Positions 1 through 13,181 are shown, counted from the first letter of the whole stretch. The stretch is DNA of 63,273 nt, filler included, from Choristocarpus tenellus KU-1152 (GCA_964200185.2; 12 parts of 12 records of this genome joined end to end with filler, not necessarily neighbours in it); one strand, 5' to 3'. Numbers and translations are program-made. Notes: generated from the letters alone by a model not told the origin.

Positions 1-1678
1 CTATTCGCGTGTAACAAACGTTTGCACTTCGTTGAAATATAAGAAGAAATACTCGCTCTATTCGCCTGTAACACACATACCGAAAATTTCCGATAGAGTT
101 GGAAGAGTCTAATCGAACACCTCGCTGTTCGAGCACTTCCTTGGTCATGTCGCATCCACCGCCACACACTCCTATCGGCCAAGGACACATTGAATTCTGA
201 GATGCAACCTACTCCACACACCTACGTGCTAGTTCCACAACCGCCAGCTGGTGGATTCATCGGTCTTGCCCCTCTGTAGGACTGAGTTGATCAACAACAG
301 CCCTTCATCTGAAGGAGGTATCACCCTGGGCAGGGCTGGCATCGCATTCGATGTCTCACCACTAAAACATTGTTGCTATCACTGCTACTTATACTGTTCC
401 TTTGAGCATTGCAAATATCCAAGAGTGCCCACTGCCCTCTGGACCCTGGACTTCCACCCCATAATCCCTTCACCCCTTCAAGGCCCACAGCAGCAGCACC
501 AGTCAACTTGTGGAAATAGTCTATCGACTATCAAATACCAAGTAGTAGGAGAGGCATGGTAACCGTTTATCACTCGTCATTAAATGTGTTCTATGTTCCA
601 CAAACTATGCGTAGAGTACGGCGTAAATGCATGTGTTTTTTATTTGGACTTTCCACTTTTTACAGGAGGTGGAAGCAATACAACAATCCACCCGCCTCCT
701 GAGGTATGTTCTAACCTATCATTGGGTAGGTTTGAAGTTGTCAAAGAATATACGATAACATGATAACGCTGTTAACCAACCCCATCCATTCTTTAACTAC
801 ACATGGTGTAAGGACACGAAATATTGGGTATAAATCGACCAAGCCATAGACCGATTTGAGTCATGTGTCTTGTCTTACTAGACCTAGTCCAGAACTGTCC
901 ACTAAAAACGGAATTGGACTACCACTATATATTATTATCTCCTCTCACATTTTGGAGATGTGTCATCCATTATTATTATTATACCCTCTGACATCTATTA
1001 TTCTTATGAGTTATATGTTCTGTTTTGTATAACAATAATAATACAATAATATTATTTTGTGGCATTCCGTTGTTGGGTGGTGTGGTAGAATAGATATTTA
1101 ATATCTTCAAAATGTGAAGGAAACAGTAATATAAAATATATATTATATTTCTCGTTATAGTGAACAAAACAATATAATAATAATAAAAATAAAAATAAAA
1201 TAAACAGGGAAACAAACCCTTCAGCAGTTATTTTTTTGGGTTGTGGTGAAACGATGATGATATATGATGGGTGATGATCTAAACGTTCAACACAAATACA
1301 CTGGTCAGGACACCGTGCCCTATCGAGTGATCCCTACATATTTTTCTCAGAGTTAGACTCAATCTGAGCACTGGGTCTAAATTGAGATGGGAACGGTGTC
1401 TGCTTCACCCTGAGTCTGAAGTTCCCACACAACGAGTCAAGTGTTGATGTAAACCCAGTTATTGGGGTGACAGACTATGGCAGCTCCGAATGGCATGAAT
1501 CTACAACAATTACAACAACTGCGGCAGGATAGGTGGAAGAAGATCTTGGAGCAATCATCTTCCTCTGGAACCAATGTGCAGGTTGACTGGATTTGGCAAA
1601 GCTTTGTTCCTGTTCAGAGGGTCCTAGTCATTCCAATGTAAACAAGACTGGTACCCAAATACTGCACACGCTTATACA

Positions 1679-3763
1679 GTGTCATTACCATGTGTCAACC
1701 TTGTCCCCTCCCCACCCCATCCACTTTGTACCCCTGATCCTACCCAGGCTGTGCCCCCCAACCCGTTATTCAATGGGTCTATGGCCTTCCCAAACCCTTT
1801 ACCCGTCCACTCTCACCGAGCATCCACCCAATCTCGATTGGAGCTTATGGACTTGTTGCCGGACACCTCGGGCTGGAATCCTTGGTTAAAAGAGATAGGG
1901 TTTCCCCCACTGCCGTCACAGGAGATATCAATGATGCGTGGGGATGGCGAGGGTGCTGGAGTCTCTGGTCAACCAGCTCCCGTTCCAGATCAGTTATTCC
2001 CGCCTCAAAATATGCAATCTGGAAAACCCCAAAAGCAATCCGATCCTCTGGCTCGTAGGCATCATGTCAAGACTATACTTCCTAAGCCCTATCCGCATTT
2101 CAAAGCTATGGGTTCACTAGGGCAAGAGACTATTCCCTCACGGCAAGAGACTATTCCCTCACGGCAAGAGACAACCCCCGTTGGTGGTGGTGCTATTGCA
2201 ACTCCCATGCCCGCTCCAATCTCTAGTCTCAGCACGAGTGCAGCAGCTGCTGCTGACGTCAGTATTGAACGTGCCCTCAGCAGGTACTGGGGATTGCTCC
2301 CCAGACGCCCCTCCCCACAGGTACAAATTCTCTCCCAGGTGGACGAGGTTACTTTGGTGAAAGGAATGTCTAGGGATGATAAGAAGGGGATGGTTAATGT
2401 TGTTGGGCATATTTCCCGTGACCTGGGTAATAGAGGGCAGGAGGTTGCGACTACCGGAGTGACAAACGGAGTGGCCAACCCAGGGGTGACTGTCAGAGGT
2501 TTAGGGGGTGTTCCTCGTCAGAGGTGCCCCCTTGTACAGGGTTTCCAACAGAGGGGATCCGACATGCCGGAAGGGTTGGAAGTGGCCAGATCTAGGGGTA
2601 ACACAACAGTGGCAGACAGTTTAGGAAGGAGAGATCCTGAAAGACGTCCCCGTACAACTGGTGACACCAGGAATGGAGTGGTGGGTGAAGAGTTAAGACA
2701 GGAAACAAGCACCAGATTCAACAAGGGTTTAAGGCAAGGGATGGGTGAAGTACAGGTGCTGGAACCAGAGAAGGTGCTGGAGGCAGCACTGGGATCAGCA
2801 CATAAACCGAAACCTGTGTTAGGGAGGGACTATGGGCAGTCAGTGACCAGTGCAACAAGTGGTACTTGTGGTATTGCCATGGTACCAGGTGTGAAGCCAC
2901 CTGAGACTGGTCAGGAAAAAACTGATAGTGGTGGAGGTACAACGGCAGCTATCGTACTGCTCACTAGCTTGGCACACGAACTGCATAAGAGAGAAGAAGT
3001 GACAAGAGAGAATGTTGCTCTGAGGGCTAAGATTGTTGCACTGGAGGGCCTGCAACCAAAAGGGGAAGTCCTCCAAGGGGGAGGAGTGATGACAGAGGAG
3101 GTGGGGGCAGGAAAAGAGTCGGGTGCGATTGTGGTGGAGCAAGTTGCTACCTTACAGAAAGATGAGGAGAAAGGGGCCAAGGATGTAGCTAATGGGGATT
3201 CTGATAGTAGTAGTAGAGCGCTGATGGCAGAGTGGGTGAAGACAGCGAATCAGGATGCCCTTGGTGCACGTGTGCTTGAGCTCTTTGACGAGACTACTGA
3301 TCTGAAGGCAAGACTTTGCACAGAGTAGTGTTTGTTGTGGATGTCCTGTATTTTAGAAGGTGCCCCACGGTTGAGTCAAATTTCACGATATCCCTCCCAG
3401 TTGATCTTGCCCCAAGCTTCAATGCACCCCCGCCCACACCTCACTTTTTTTTTTTTTCCCTGTAGCCCTCACATTCATTCTATTTCTTTCCTTTTTCAAG
3501 ACAGTAACCCCACAGCGATGCACCTGACCCTATCCCCACTCCCCCCACCTGTCATCCAGTCTAAGGTGTCTATTCTGGAGGCGTTTGTTGTGCAGGCATT
3601 GCAGCAGAAATTGCCAGATGTGAAACTGCCAGATGTGAAATTGAGTTCGGACTTGAGGCAGGAGCGAGAAGCCAAGGCGCCTGTCTCAAGAGTCCCAATA
3701 GTGAACGCTGTCCCCCTGTCTGATGGGAGACCTTCCAAGAAGGATCGTGGTAACATATCAAAG
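1679..3763 (+). CDS. Unknown low-complexity/coiled-coil protein, partial (exons ~1679-3307 and 3560-3763)
   Basis: 549-codon ORF. A phase-0 GC-AG intron 3308-3559 (AAG|GCAAGA ... TCCAG|TCT) joins ...ETTDLK to SKVSILEAFVVQAL...; next donor AAG|GTGTGG at 3764. Start uncertain (first in-frame ATG 1781). Might be the 5' part of the Pumilio gene across the gap. Confidence 0.65.
2121..2173 (+). repeat. Coding 21-bp tandem repeat (RQETIPS x2.5)
   Basis: GGCAAGAGACTATTCCCTCAC repeated within the ORF. Confidence 0.85.
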
Positions 3764-4288
3764 GTGTGGATAGTGATACCCTGTGCAACCCTCCATTGTG
3801 ATTGGCTGACCAAGTCCCTCTTGTTCCTGTATTGTTGAAACGTTTTTTTTATCATCTAAGGCAAATCCCAACTTAGTTGAAACTCTAGGGAGGAGAGGCA
3901 TAAATGAAAAACTGTGGTCATGATGTGTGGAGGTATGTATGTATATATGTGGAGGACCATGTTCGGTGGTCTTGGTGTGTGATGTAATAGGAAAAGGTGG
4001 AGTGTTCAGTGGTGAAAAGGTGGGTGCAATACACTGGAAGAAGACACAGAGACATGCAGAGACAAATATCACATCCGTGGGTGCTGTTCTTAGCTAAAGG
4101 GCACTAATTTCCTGACATGTTGAAGTGTGTTGACATTTCTAATTGAAGTGTTGATATGTCATTGTTTGTAATGCACTCAGTTGTAGCAAGTAAATCTGCC
4201 TCCACTCATGGTCGATTTTTTGTTCACCTTTGTGGACCCTGATCAACTAAATCACTGCACAACTCATGGCACCCATTTTATCCCCCCC

Positions 4289-4388
4289 NNNNNNNNNNNN
4301 NNNNNNNNNNNNNNNNNNNNNNNNNNNNNNNNTTAATTAATTAANNNNNNNNNNNNNNNNNNNNNNNNNNNNNNNNNNNNNNNNNNNN
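4289..4388. other. Artificial contig linker (44N-TTAATTAATTAA-44N); same linker at 9304, 12500, 22656, 31382, 34286, 38113, 45810, 52154, 55630, 59233
   Basis: Identical 100-nt spacer with stops in all six frames, 11 occurrences; an additional 10-N gap lies at 12202-12211. Confidence 0.98.
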
Positions 4389-4458
<70 letters not shown>

Positions 4459-4749
4459 CTACTTGTGAGTGCGGTAGGGGTGCAGTTGAACGTTTTTTTC
4501 GTAGGGTTAGGGTTTGTAGTTTGTGTGATGAGGGATTGAGGGGGGGTAAGGAAGGCGGTTTGTGGAAGAGTAGTGACCTGCTTGGTTTTTGGTGTAACAC
4601 TCAGAGAAGAATGTTTTACTGTCTGTAAGTGTTTTGTGATGAGTTGTCTAGCTTTGGTGTTACGGCATTTACTGGTTGCTGTACCTTTTAATGTCATTTT
4701 TATTTTCTTATTACTCTCTTGCGGTGTGTGCTTGTTACTCTCTTTACAG

Positions 4750-7700
4750 GACCAGTATGGGAACTATGTCATCCAGCATGTTCTCAAGCATGGCAGGCCT
4801 TCAGATCGGGAACGTCTCATGAGAGAGGTAACAAGTAGCATAAAAGGTTTCATAGAGATGTGGAGGCGGATGGATGGATGTGTTTGCATGCTCCCTAAGA
4901 GCTTGGTGCTTTACCAAGAAGATGAGGATGTAGAATGTGTTTTATTTAGTAATTTACTTTGAAGAGTGAGACCTACCCATAAGGGGGGGGGGGGTAGTTC
5001 CTAGTGTACATAATCACACCTTCACACAATTTGGTGTATTACGGATAGAAACATTCCCTTGAATGTTTTCTTGAACATCACTATATTCCAATTTTTTTTG
5101 TCCATGACTGATTTACCATCTTACACATTTTTTTGTTACGTACATATTTTATTTTTTGTTAATGTGTACCAGTGATAACATTTAGTGTGTACAGTACTTG
5201 AAAGCGTCTCCTCAATCATGCGAATGGTTTGTCTCTTTTGATGTGTGGCAAGGGGAAGGAAAGGACCAGATGGAGTGGTGTTTTGTATTATTTTCTTGTT
5301 GGGAAGGGCTTTCGTTTTTTCTTTTGTCTTTTTTATGGTATTTTTATGGGAGTGGATGGGGGGGGGGGTAGACGAGTGGCGCTGCTTGGTTTTGTGTTCT
5401 TAGAATCACATGTCTCTTGGTTGCTAGAGTCCTGTTGTTGTGATTTGTTAAGGTCCCGTTGACTTTCAATACTTCCTCGGGGTTTACATGGTGTTGCAAT
5501 AGAGATCTATTCATAAGTAGTTTTGAAATCTCTTGGTATATCTGTGCCACAAGAGAAACGGAGCCTAGTTTATATTTTTTTTGTTTAAGAAAAAGAAAAA
5601 GTGCGATTTGTGTATTTTTATTTTTCGAGGGCTAAGTGTACAGTGTGTTGGAATATTTTTGTTTTTCTCCAATTTTTGTGTTAGAGGCATGTGCGTGTTG
5701 TGTAGATGTGGTGTGTAGTGTGAATAAGACTTTTGAATGCTGGTTTCGAGGCGGTATGGCAAAGGAGAAAAAGAGTTCGACCGGATTTTAGTTGATTGTA
5801 GAAATTTTGTGCACTTCAACTAGCTTTTTCATTTTTTTTGTGTTCGAATTAATTACCGAGACCTTAAGGGGAGGGGCGCGATACAATTCCGTTTTTTATC
5901 GTTATTGACTTCAATAGTAGCAGCAGCTACTAACTAGCCTTGACATTCCTATACCATAAGGACCCATTTGTATCGGCACAAGTTGACCTTTACTATTATT
6001 TTTACCATAGCATTCATACATTGAGAATATTTATCACCAAATTAAATGTATCACCAATTTCTATGCCTCTTTTTACGGATAATTCTCCTTCAGGTATTGG
6101 ACAACGGTATGTGCGGAACTTTTTTTTTTCCACATGGGGTAAATCAGTAAGACTGTTCTTACACCATTCTTCGAATTTTAGGGACTGGTCAGCAACCCTC
6201 CAGCAGCCTCTATCTTTCTGTTACAATGTTGTGTGTAGGTAGTTCAGCTCTTTACTCCACCCCATCCGTGTCCATGTGCTAGCAATTCTCAGCAGGATGG
6301 TTTGTTTGTTACTCAGGCGCTAATGAAGTGTCTGCCTACCCGTGGACAGTGCTCTTTATGCGGGGAGGAGGGTTGGGGTTAATAAAAATAATCTGGTTAT
6401 TAAAAATAATCTGGTTATTAAAAATAATCTGGTTATTAAAAATAATCTGGTTATTAAAAATAATCTGGTTATTAAAAATAATCTGTGTGTGGAGCTAGCT
6501 CCGCTGTGTGAAGGGTTGTTCCGACTGGAGTTATAAGAACCTGCGTTGTCCTTTCACCCGCCCTGTTTTTGTTTTTGTTTTTTTTGAAGTAGATATTGTC
6601 GTTTTGACTTTGTCCGATGAGCTTCGCTCACTGTTCCCTACCCCCCTTTTGCCCCAAACTTTCCCGGTGGGGTGTGTGTTGTTTGCCCATTGGGGCGGTT
6701 TGCTGAGAAAAGGTGAGGGAGAACCTCCTGGCGTACAGTCAACACAAGTTTGCCAGTAATGTGGTTGAGAAGTGTCTCCAGTACGGGACGAAGGAGGAGA
6801 GGGGCGTTCTTATACATCACCTGCTTTACGGCCACTCTGGCGGGTGAGGCGTACAGTTCTCTTTTTTTTATAGCGTAACTGCCGATGGGGGCGGGTTTCA
6901 GGCTTTTGTCTGTTTTTTGTGCTTGTGGTTTGAATTTTTTTTATGATCTATATGCCGGTGTGTATGTCTGGGTGTTGTTTTTGTAAAAAAAGAAAAGAGA
7001 AAACCTGATGCACTGGCTCTTTTTAATGTTGTGGTCAATCGGTGGGGAGTCCCGTCAGATATTTGGTGGCAAGGGAATCACTGCAGAGGTGCATGTTTTT
7101 GTGGCCTAAGCAAGTCTCTTAGCAGATGGATGCAAAGCCTACCGGGTGCACGGCCACTACTGTATTATTGTTCAAACCATGTTGAATGCTTGAAAGGCAC
7201 CTTTTTTGTGGCTTGAAAAATCGTATTCCTGGTGGGCGCACGCACACCCCCACCCCAACTCTTGTTTAGCTGCAGTAGATGTCCATTTTTGACACCCCAT
7301 TTGGTTGATCGTATCATGGCTCTTGATTTGACAAGTCATGCGTGTACTACTATTCAATGTAAAACGAAGCACCGTGTGGATTGGTCATGTTTTGGTATGC
7401 CCTCTTGTGATTTGTCAGGACCTCGCTACTGCAAGTAATGGTGTGTGACCCATATGCCAACTATGTGGTGCAGAAGATCATCGATGTTGCTGATGTGGAC
7501 CAACGCCAGACAATTATCATGGAAATCCGTGCGCACGCCTCTCAGCTCAAGAGGTACGCATGTTTGTTTGTTTTGTTCATGCCTTGTTTCATTTGTTTAG
7601 GGTACATGCAGACATACTAACTGTGCTTGATCCAGAGATAGATATAGTATACTCTGTCTTTGTTGCTTGTGCACTTGAATTGTCCCTGTGTAGTTGTAGA

Positions 7701-7993
7701 GTCCTTTGATGTTCCGTGTAAGAGTAGAGTGCATGTACCCCCTGGTATTTTGCCATTTATCATGGAAAGTCGACAGAAGCAAACGCCTTCTGTGTTTAGT
7801 GCATTCCTGTTATCTCTGCTTGTGAGAAGATCTTCAGCTCTGCTCTTACTCCCATTCTTCCCCCTCCCCCGCTGCGCACACACCCTGTGCTTACGGTGTT
7901 GCTGCCATGATACGATTGATGTTCCTGTCAAGGTATACCTTCGGAAAGCATATCATCTCTCGTCTAGAAAAACTCTCTGGAAAAAAGATGTAA
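4750..7993 (+). CDS. PUM: Pumilio/PUF RNA-binding protein, C-terminal part (repeats 6-8); exons 4750-4827, 6713-6843, 7419-7553, 7933-7993
   Basis: Phase-compatible GT-AG splicing gives [15 protein letters not shown]...[18 protein letters not shown]...[13 protein letters not shown]...[22 protein letters not shown], the classic PUM-HD end. Confidence 0.95.
5452..5863. mobile_element. Possible degenerate TTAA-flanked MITE in a Pumilio intron
   Basis: TTAA|GGTCCCGTT ... ACCGAGACC|TTAA; short imperfect TIR only. Confidence 0.3.
6376..6485 (+). repeat. 18-bp tandem repeat x~6 (intronic)
   Basis: (GGTTATTAAAAATAATCT)n, nearly perfect. Confidence 0.95.
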
Positions 7994-8531
7994 CTTGCTT
8001 TTGACCAGCATGTCAGAACTATGACGTGCTCACACGTGTGGTGTTGATGCTGAAGAGAACTAAATTGTTCCAACTGGGAAGAAATGAGGAGGGGAGAGGC
8101 ACCAGTGTTGTTTGTACTTTGGAGAGGAAATTGTGGTGGATGGAGATGAAAATGTCGTGGAAATAGTAGAAACCACAAGCAACTCCAAGCAGAATTGTGG
8201 AGAGAAGGGAGGGGGGTAAATTTTGGTGATGGAATGAGGAAGACATCAATCAAAACAGGCAGCCTATTCTCTGGTGACTGAATGGGATGTTCCTGAACAG
8301 AACTGTGTGGTATTTCTTCCCCTTACTTTTACTGTACTGATGGGAGGTCTGCATGGGTACAAGGGATTGTTGAGATTCTTTACTTGAGGAAGGTGTGGGT
8401 GGGATGATGGAATTATTGGGTTTGTGGGTTGGGAAGTGGTGGGTATGTTTAGGTGTAACGGGGGCCCAGTGTATACCATCTTGTTTCTCGATGTGTATTG
8501 GGAGGTGTGGATCCTGGGAGAAGGAGAAGGT

Positions 8532-8563
<32 letters not shown>

Positions 8564-9965
8564 AGGTGGAGGGGAGGGGGGGGGGGGGGGGTGGTTCCCC
8601 GGTGGTTGTGTGGGGGGGGGTGGGGGGGGGGAGGGGGGGGGGGTGGGGATCGGGGGGGGAGATAGGGTTGCGGGAGGGTTCGGTCGGTGGGAGTCGTGGC
8701 GTGTCGTCCAAGGGAAGAAGTTTGGTTGTACGGAAATCTTGGGGGTACTGTTTCATACCTTTGTGTTTGCTGGTAGTTGTGGGGGTGATGTGTCTTGACT
8801 CCTTTTCTTGCTTTTTGTGATTGTGGTTGCTCTTGGGTGTTTTTTGGGATGATGTGGTGAGCAGACATACACCAACTGTTCTCTTCCTTGGTCAGGGTGT
8901 TCCAAGACTTGGATGCGTTTTTTTACGCGCCAGGCATGGCATGGACGGTTGTTTCTGCCTGTCAAACTGGTCATTTGCCCTTGGAGGCAGGAAAAGAGCA
9001 GGGTAGGGGAGGTTGGGAGGAGGTATGGATCGCTTCTCTGCAGATGCAGGCTGTGCTGTCGAGTGATGGGGCGACTTGTAAGCGTAGAGGTTTGTTGGTG
9101 TTGGAATGAGCTGGAACACTGTGTGGTGGAAATGGATGCATTAGGAGGGAGGTGTCTTCGTTTGACTCCTCTTGGATGGATAGGTGCTGCTGATGGAAGG
9201 GAGTGGTCCCTACCTGCAGGGAAGAGGATGGGTGGATGGTGGTGGATGAAGTATTTTGCAAAAGCTGAGGGGGAGAGGAAGTTTAGAAATGCAACTTGGA
9301 CTGNNNNNNNNNNNNNNNNNNNNNNNNNNNNNNNNNNNNNNNNNNNNTTAATTAATTAANNNNNNNNNNNNNNNNNNNNNNNNNNNNNNNNNNNNNNNNN
9401 NNNGCCCTTAAAAAGTGCCGCAACAATTACAAAAAAAAACATATGGGCACTTTCTGCGCACCATTTTCGGTCAAACCCATCCTCCATAATATGTTCCATC
9501 CTCAATTTTGGTGAGAGGCTGTTAATTGGTGGTCCGAACAGATATTATTATTTGCTTAACGACCATGGACTAGATATAATAGAAACAAAATCATTTCTAG
9601 AGTCTATTATATAGGAAATATCAAAATATCTAATAGTAGAAAATTCGATTATAGTGTTTCAACTCGTCATCTCAAGTCTTTGCCAGTGAGTGATTGTGCT
9701 CTTACTAAATCTGGTACCAACATATTTGAAATTAATGCTTGTAAAATATATTATTAAACCGATATACCTTTTAGTATCGGCTCTTAAAAATTTATCGGAG
9801 GGTATTTCTGCGACGGCGTCTTTTTCCTTTAAAATGCGAAAGGTCTTAACTCACTTAAGATCGGAAATGTTTCTTTTATTTAGCAAATCCAGGACTGTGA
9901 AGGTCTTAGAAGCCATCATAAGCATCCAACTGTAGTATGGTAAAGTTGTTCAATTTCTTCTATTT

Positions 9966-10223
9966 GAGTGAAAGTATCTTAGAGGGTACGAGTTTTGCCC
10001 TGTTTGTCCATTTAGGGTTTGGCTTCCCATGAGTTCTTTTATGACATTTTCATACTCCAAATTGTTTCAGAGTAGGTAAAATGTATACGTTATGAAAAGA
10101 TGTGTCCGAAACAAGGATGTTGACACATACTAACAAAAACAAAGCCAAAATTACATCAAAATCACAACATTGGATTTTGGTCCCCAAATGGACGCGGCCC
10201 TACCCTCTAAGATACTTTGATTC
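9966..10223 (+). mobile_element. MITE family A
   Basis: TIR GAGTGAAAGTATCTTAGAGGGTA / TACCCTCTAAGATACTTTGATTC; 4-bp TSD ATTT. Confidence 0.92.
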
Positions 10224-10399
10224 ATTTTTGTTACCTAGTCCGACAACTATCCATTTTAGAACTTTACTTTGTACTACAATGCTATTTGCTAAGGTCTGAC
10301 AGGGATACATTGTTACTGCTCGATCTGTGTGTTGGAATCCTGACAAAAAGGTACCCATGGTGACAATGGGGGATGGTTAGAAGCATTGACGTTCTCTAG

Positions 10400-12060
10400 A
10401 TGACCGCATGCTCTAGTGTTGTCTACAAAACATTGCTCCTAAAATAATTATTTCGTAAGGCAGCCCCACCATTATCCTAAAAAGTCATATTGCGCACTTT
10501 ATCCTCTGGGGAAAATGCTATTGGAAGTTTGCGGGGGCCCAATACCAGCATTGGTGGCATTTTGCACCCTCTAGGGTTTGCTGCATGAAAGGTACCTTTG
10601 CCTGTTATGTTGAGCTGTAGTAATCAATTTTTACCCCCCCAAAGAGCAGTGCTACATCAAAAAACACACGAGACGTAATTCCCCCCTCCTACACCTCTGT
10701 GAAGAAGTACCTAGACTGGCATTCTCGAGTGGGCTCTGCATGGGTGCCACAGCACGGCGGATGTCGATACTTGACTAGTACAAGACTGGTGTCATGGCGA
10801 ATTTTATTAGGGTGGGAATGGAAGTCTTAATGTCTATAGTTCTAATGACATGGATTGCTGGAGCCTCAGACTCCATGGCGGAACTTCAAGACGACTCTGC
10901 AGCGTCCGAATCGGTTGGGCTTCTCGCGAATAGTCGAGGGAGTTTTGAATCTTGCATTGCATCACTGCTAGGTACTGGAGAAGTGTATCTATTAAGGCTA
11001 CCATCGTATGCGACTCTGTAGTGGATTGAGTACCCAGAGGTCCTCGGTGGGTTCCCGAAAGGTATGTGGAGATTCCCCTAGGAACTACCAAGTCGTCTTA
11101 TGTATACCTGCACTCGTCAGTTATGGATGTGAAGCAGTCTTGACCACAGGCATGATGAAAGCAAACTCGGTGTGCCTCTAGCCATGTATCGACTTTGTCC
11201 TGGGAGGCAGATGATGGAGGTAAGCCTTTGCCGAATGGTGCCGACTTCTATCTCTCGCACTATCTGTGGGTAGAGCAAGTGGGGATCAAAACCATAGGCT
11301 GGGGAACGGATGTGACTGGTCGAACGGGATTTGATGCATTGCTTTTTAGGAATGAACGAGGTATCATGTTTGCGGGGAACGGAGGAATTTTTGATATTTA
11401 GAGCAGCACAGACAGCGGGCGAGGAGTTCTGGGTTAAAACAGGTTGAAGCATCGGTGCAAGGGCTTCCAGTACACGACTGACAACCTCTCTATATAGCAG
11501 TGAAGTTTGGCTTGATACCTCTTCGTGCATGGACGTGCTGTTGTGGCGATATAGTTTTAGTTTCTGCCTGACGATCGGGGTTTCGGCTGAGGCAGGGGAA
11601 GGGTGTGACATGGTAGCAAACGTAGCAAACGCATCTACCATGCTAGACGAAGTAGTGTGAGTCTCCTATTTCATAATCCAGCTGTTGCAGCATTTTGATT
11701 GATTGGAACAAATGCCTATCGGTCATTTCGATTGGATAATCCCTTTATGAGATAACCGATAATCTGTTGCCCTTCAATTCGACGGTTTGCCATTTCGTTC
11801 CCCAAAGGATTACTCTGCGAAATCGGTAGTGGGCGAATTTGGTTTCTAATTTCTTTGCAAAATAAACATTCAATAGTCTGTACTTCGATTTGGGTAGGAC
11901 GTTGGAGAGTTGGGAGGACTCGTTGATACAAATCAATGAGTTGATCTTCACCTATGTACTCTCCCCCCAAAAGAGCTCATATATATGAGGCATCCGTGAG
12001 TCCACCGTATACGCTCGATAGTGCAGATCCAGGTTATTGCCGCAGCCTTCCGTGTCACAC
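10400..12060 (-). pseudogene. Degraded Ty1/Copia gag-protease-GAG-pre-integrase relic
   Basis: Minus-strand motifs EDLWVL..TTESHTM (~11045-11000, protease-like WxxDSGA..HM) followed by AVLWHPCRAH (~10760-10729, LWHxRLGH-like); many frameshifts. Confidence 0.45.
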
Positions 12061-13049
12061 CTTTCTCTCTCTTTGAAAAAAATAAAACTCATGGCAAACT
12101 TTACCGCGATTTTCGGCTGACTATCCAAAAACAGCCGATCACCAAAATTGAGGATGGAGCATACTATGGAGGATGGGTTTGACCCAAAATGGTGCGCGGA
12201 ANNNNNNNNNNGGGCCCCGCTACGAATGGTAATCCATGCCAAAGGTGGTAGTAGGACAGTGTGTGGGGGGCAGCAATGATTTCGTTTCATCGTCGTGCAC
12301 ATGTATGCCCTGCGTTGGATTGCTTGCTTGAATAATTAGTGCGGTCGGTGGAGTCGTTTGACTGTCGATAGTGGAGGTGGTAGAAAATAAAAACTCTTGG
12401 AAGTAGTTTTTTTCGGGGCGGCGTTTCATTGTCATTATGGATGGCTGACTGACTGAGAAGAAGAAGTGTTATTTTCCCATATTATCATATTGTTTATCAN
12501 NNNNNNNNNNNNNNNNNNNNNNNNNNNNNNNNNNNNNNNNNNNTTAATTAATTAANNNNNNNNNNNNNNNNNNNNNNNNNNNNNNNNNNNNNNNNNNNNT
12601 AGGTATGGTGCAGTAAGATGTTGGAGTTGTAGGTAGGAATTGACGGGTTGGATGACTCTGGTACCTGTGAGTAGTAGTACATCGCTCTCTTCCTAGCAGT
12701 CCTGGGGAGTAATATGGTAGGAAGTTTATCTTGTGAGAAATATACTCACACAGAGGTTCAGCATCTCTCCTACTTCTCTCCTTTTCTTGGGGCATATATC
12801 TGTATATACATGTACCGATCTAGAGTATGAGGTGGGGTCAAAACAAACTCTGCTGGACACGATGGTGGTGAGAAGACCACAAGAAGCCTTAATGACAAGA
12901 ATCCTCTTTGATACATCTTTGACACAGCACTTGAGGTGACCTATGCCTTACTCTTTCTTTGTTGTAATCGTTGAGGCATGTGCGCTACCGCAGAGGACAT
13001 TGAAAAGAAAGTATATTTTATGGTACAAATACTTCCATTGTAATACAAC

Positions 13050-13079
13050 GACAGCGACAGCGACAGCGACAGCGACAGC
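13050..13079 (+). repeat. (GACAGC)5 microsatellite
   Basis: Direct reading. Confidence 0.9.
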
Positions 13080-13181
13080 TACTTTGTACTTCGAAGTACT
13101 TTAAAGTATATTACTCAGTATCTAATCACATTTTGTTAGTGCGTGGTAGAGTTCATACCATGTTCTTGTGATCATCTTTAA

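Larger units (their letters stand above)
9404..12215. mobile_element. ~2.8-kb segment bounded by long inverted repeats (possible non-autonomous TIR element)
   Basis: 9452-9523 and 12130-12201 are inverted copies (~6 mismatches in 72). GCCC at 9404 is mirrored by GGGC at 12212 after the 10-N gap. Confidence 0.55.

Noticed and set aside
100-560. Possible LINE (RTE-like) 3' relic on the minus strand (LADRSVWR); similar hint at 38460-38760
   Set aside because: A single short motif is too weak to call.
1477-1641. ATG-initiated short ORF as exon 1 of the first gene
   Set aside because: I could not find a convincing phase-compatible splice into the long ORF; left unresolved.
4333-4344. Recurrent TTAATTAATTAA palindrome
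   Set aside because: Always centred in N runs; a synthetic six-frame-stop linker, not biology.
4337-4697. Poly-Pro ORFs
   Set aside because: Translations of a poly-G run and Ns at a contig edge.
6342-6536. ORF with (KNNLVI)n
   Set aside because: Intronic 18-bp tandem repeat that happens to lack stops in one frame.
8250-8868. Extensin-like or Gly-rich ORFs
   Set aside because: Produced by G homopolymers downstream of the PUM stop; no coding signal.
7994-9303. Pumilio autoregulatory elements (UGUAHAUA) in the 3' region
   Set aside because: No exact match seen.
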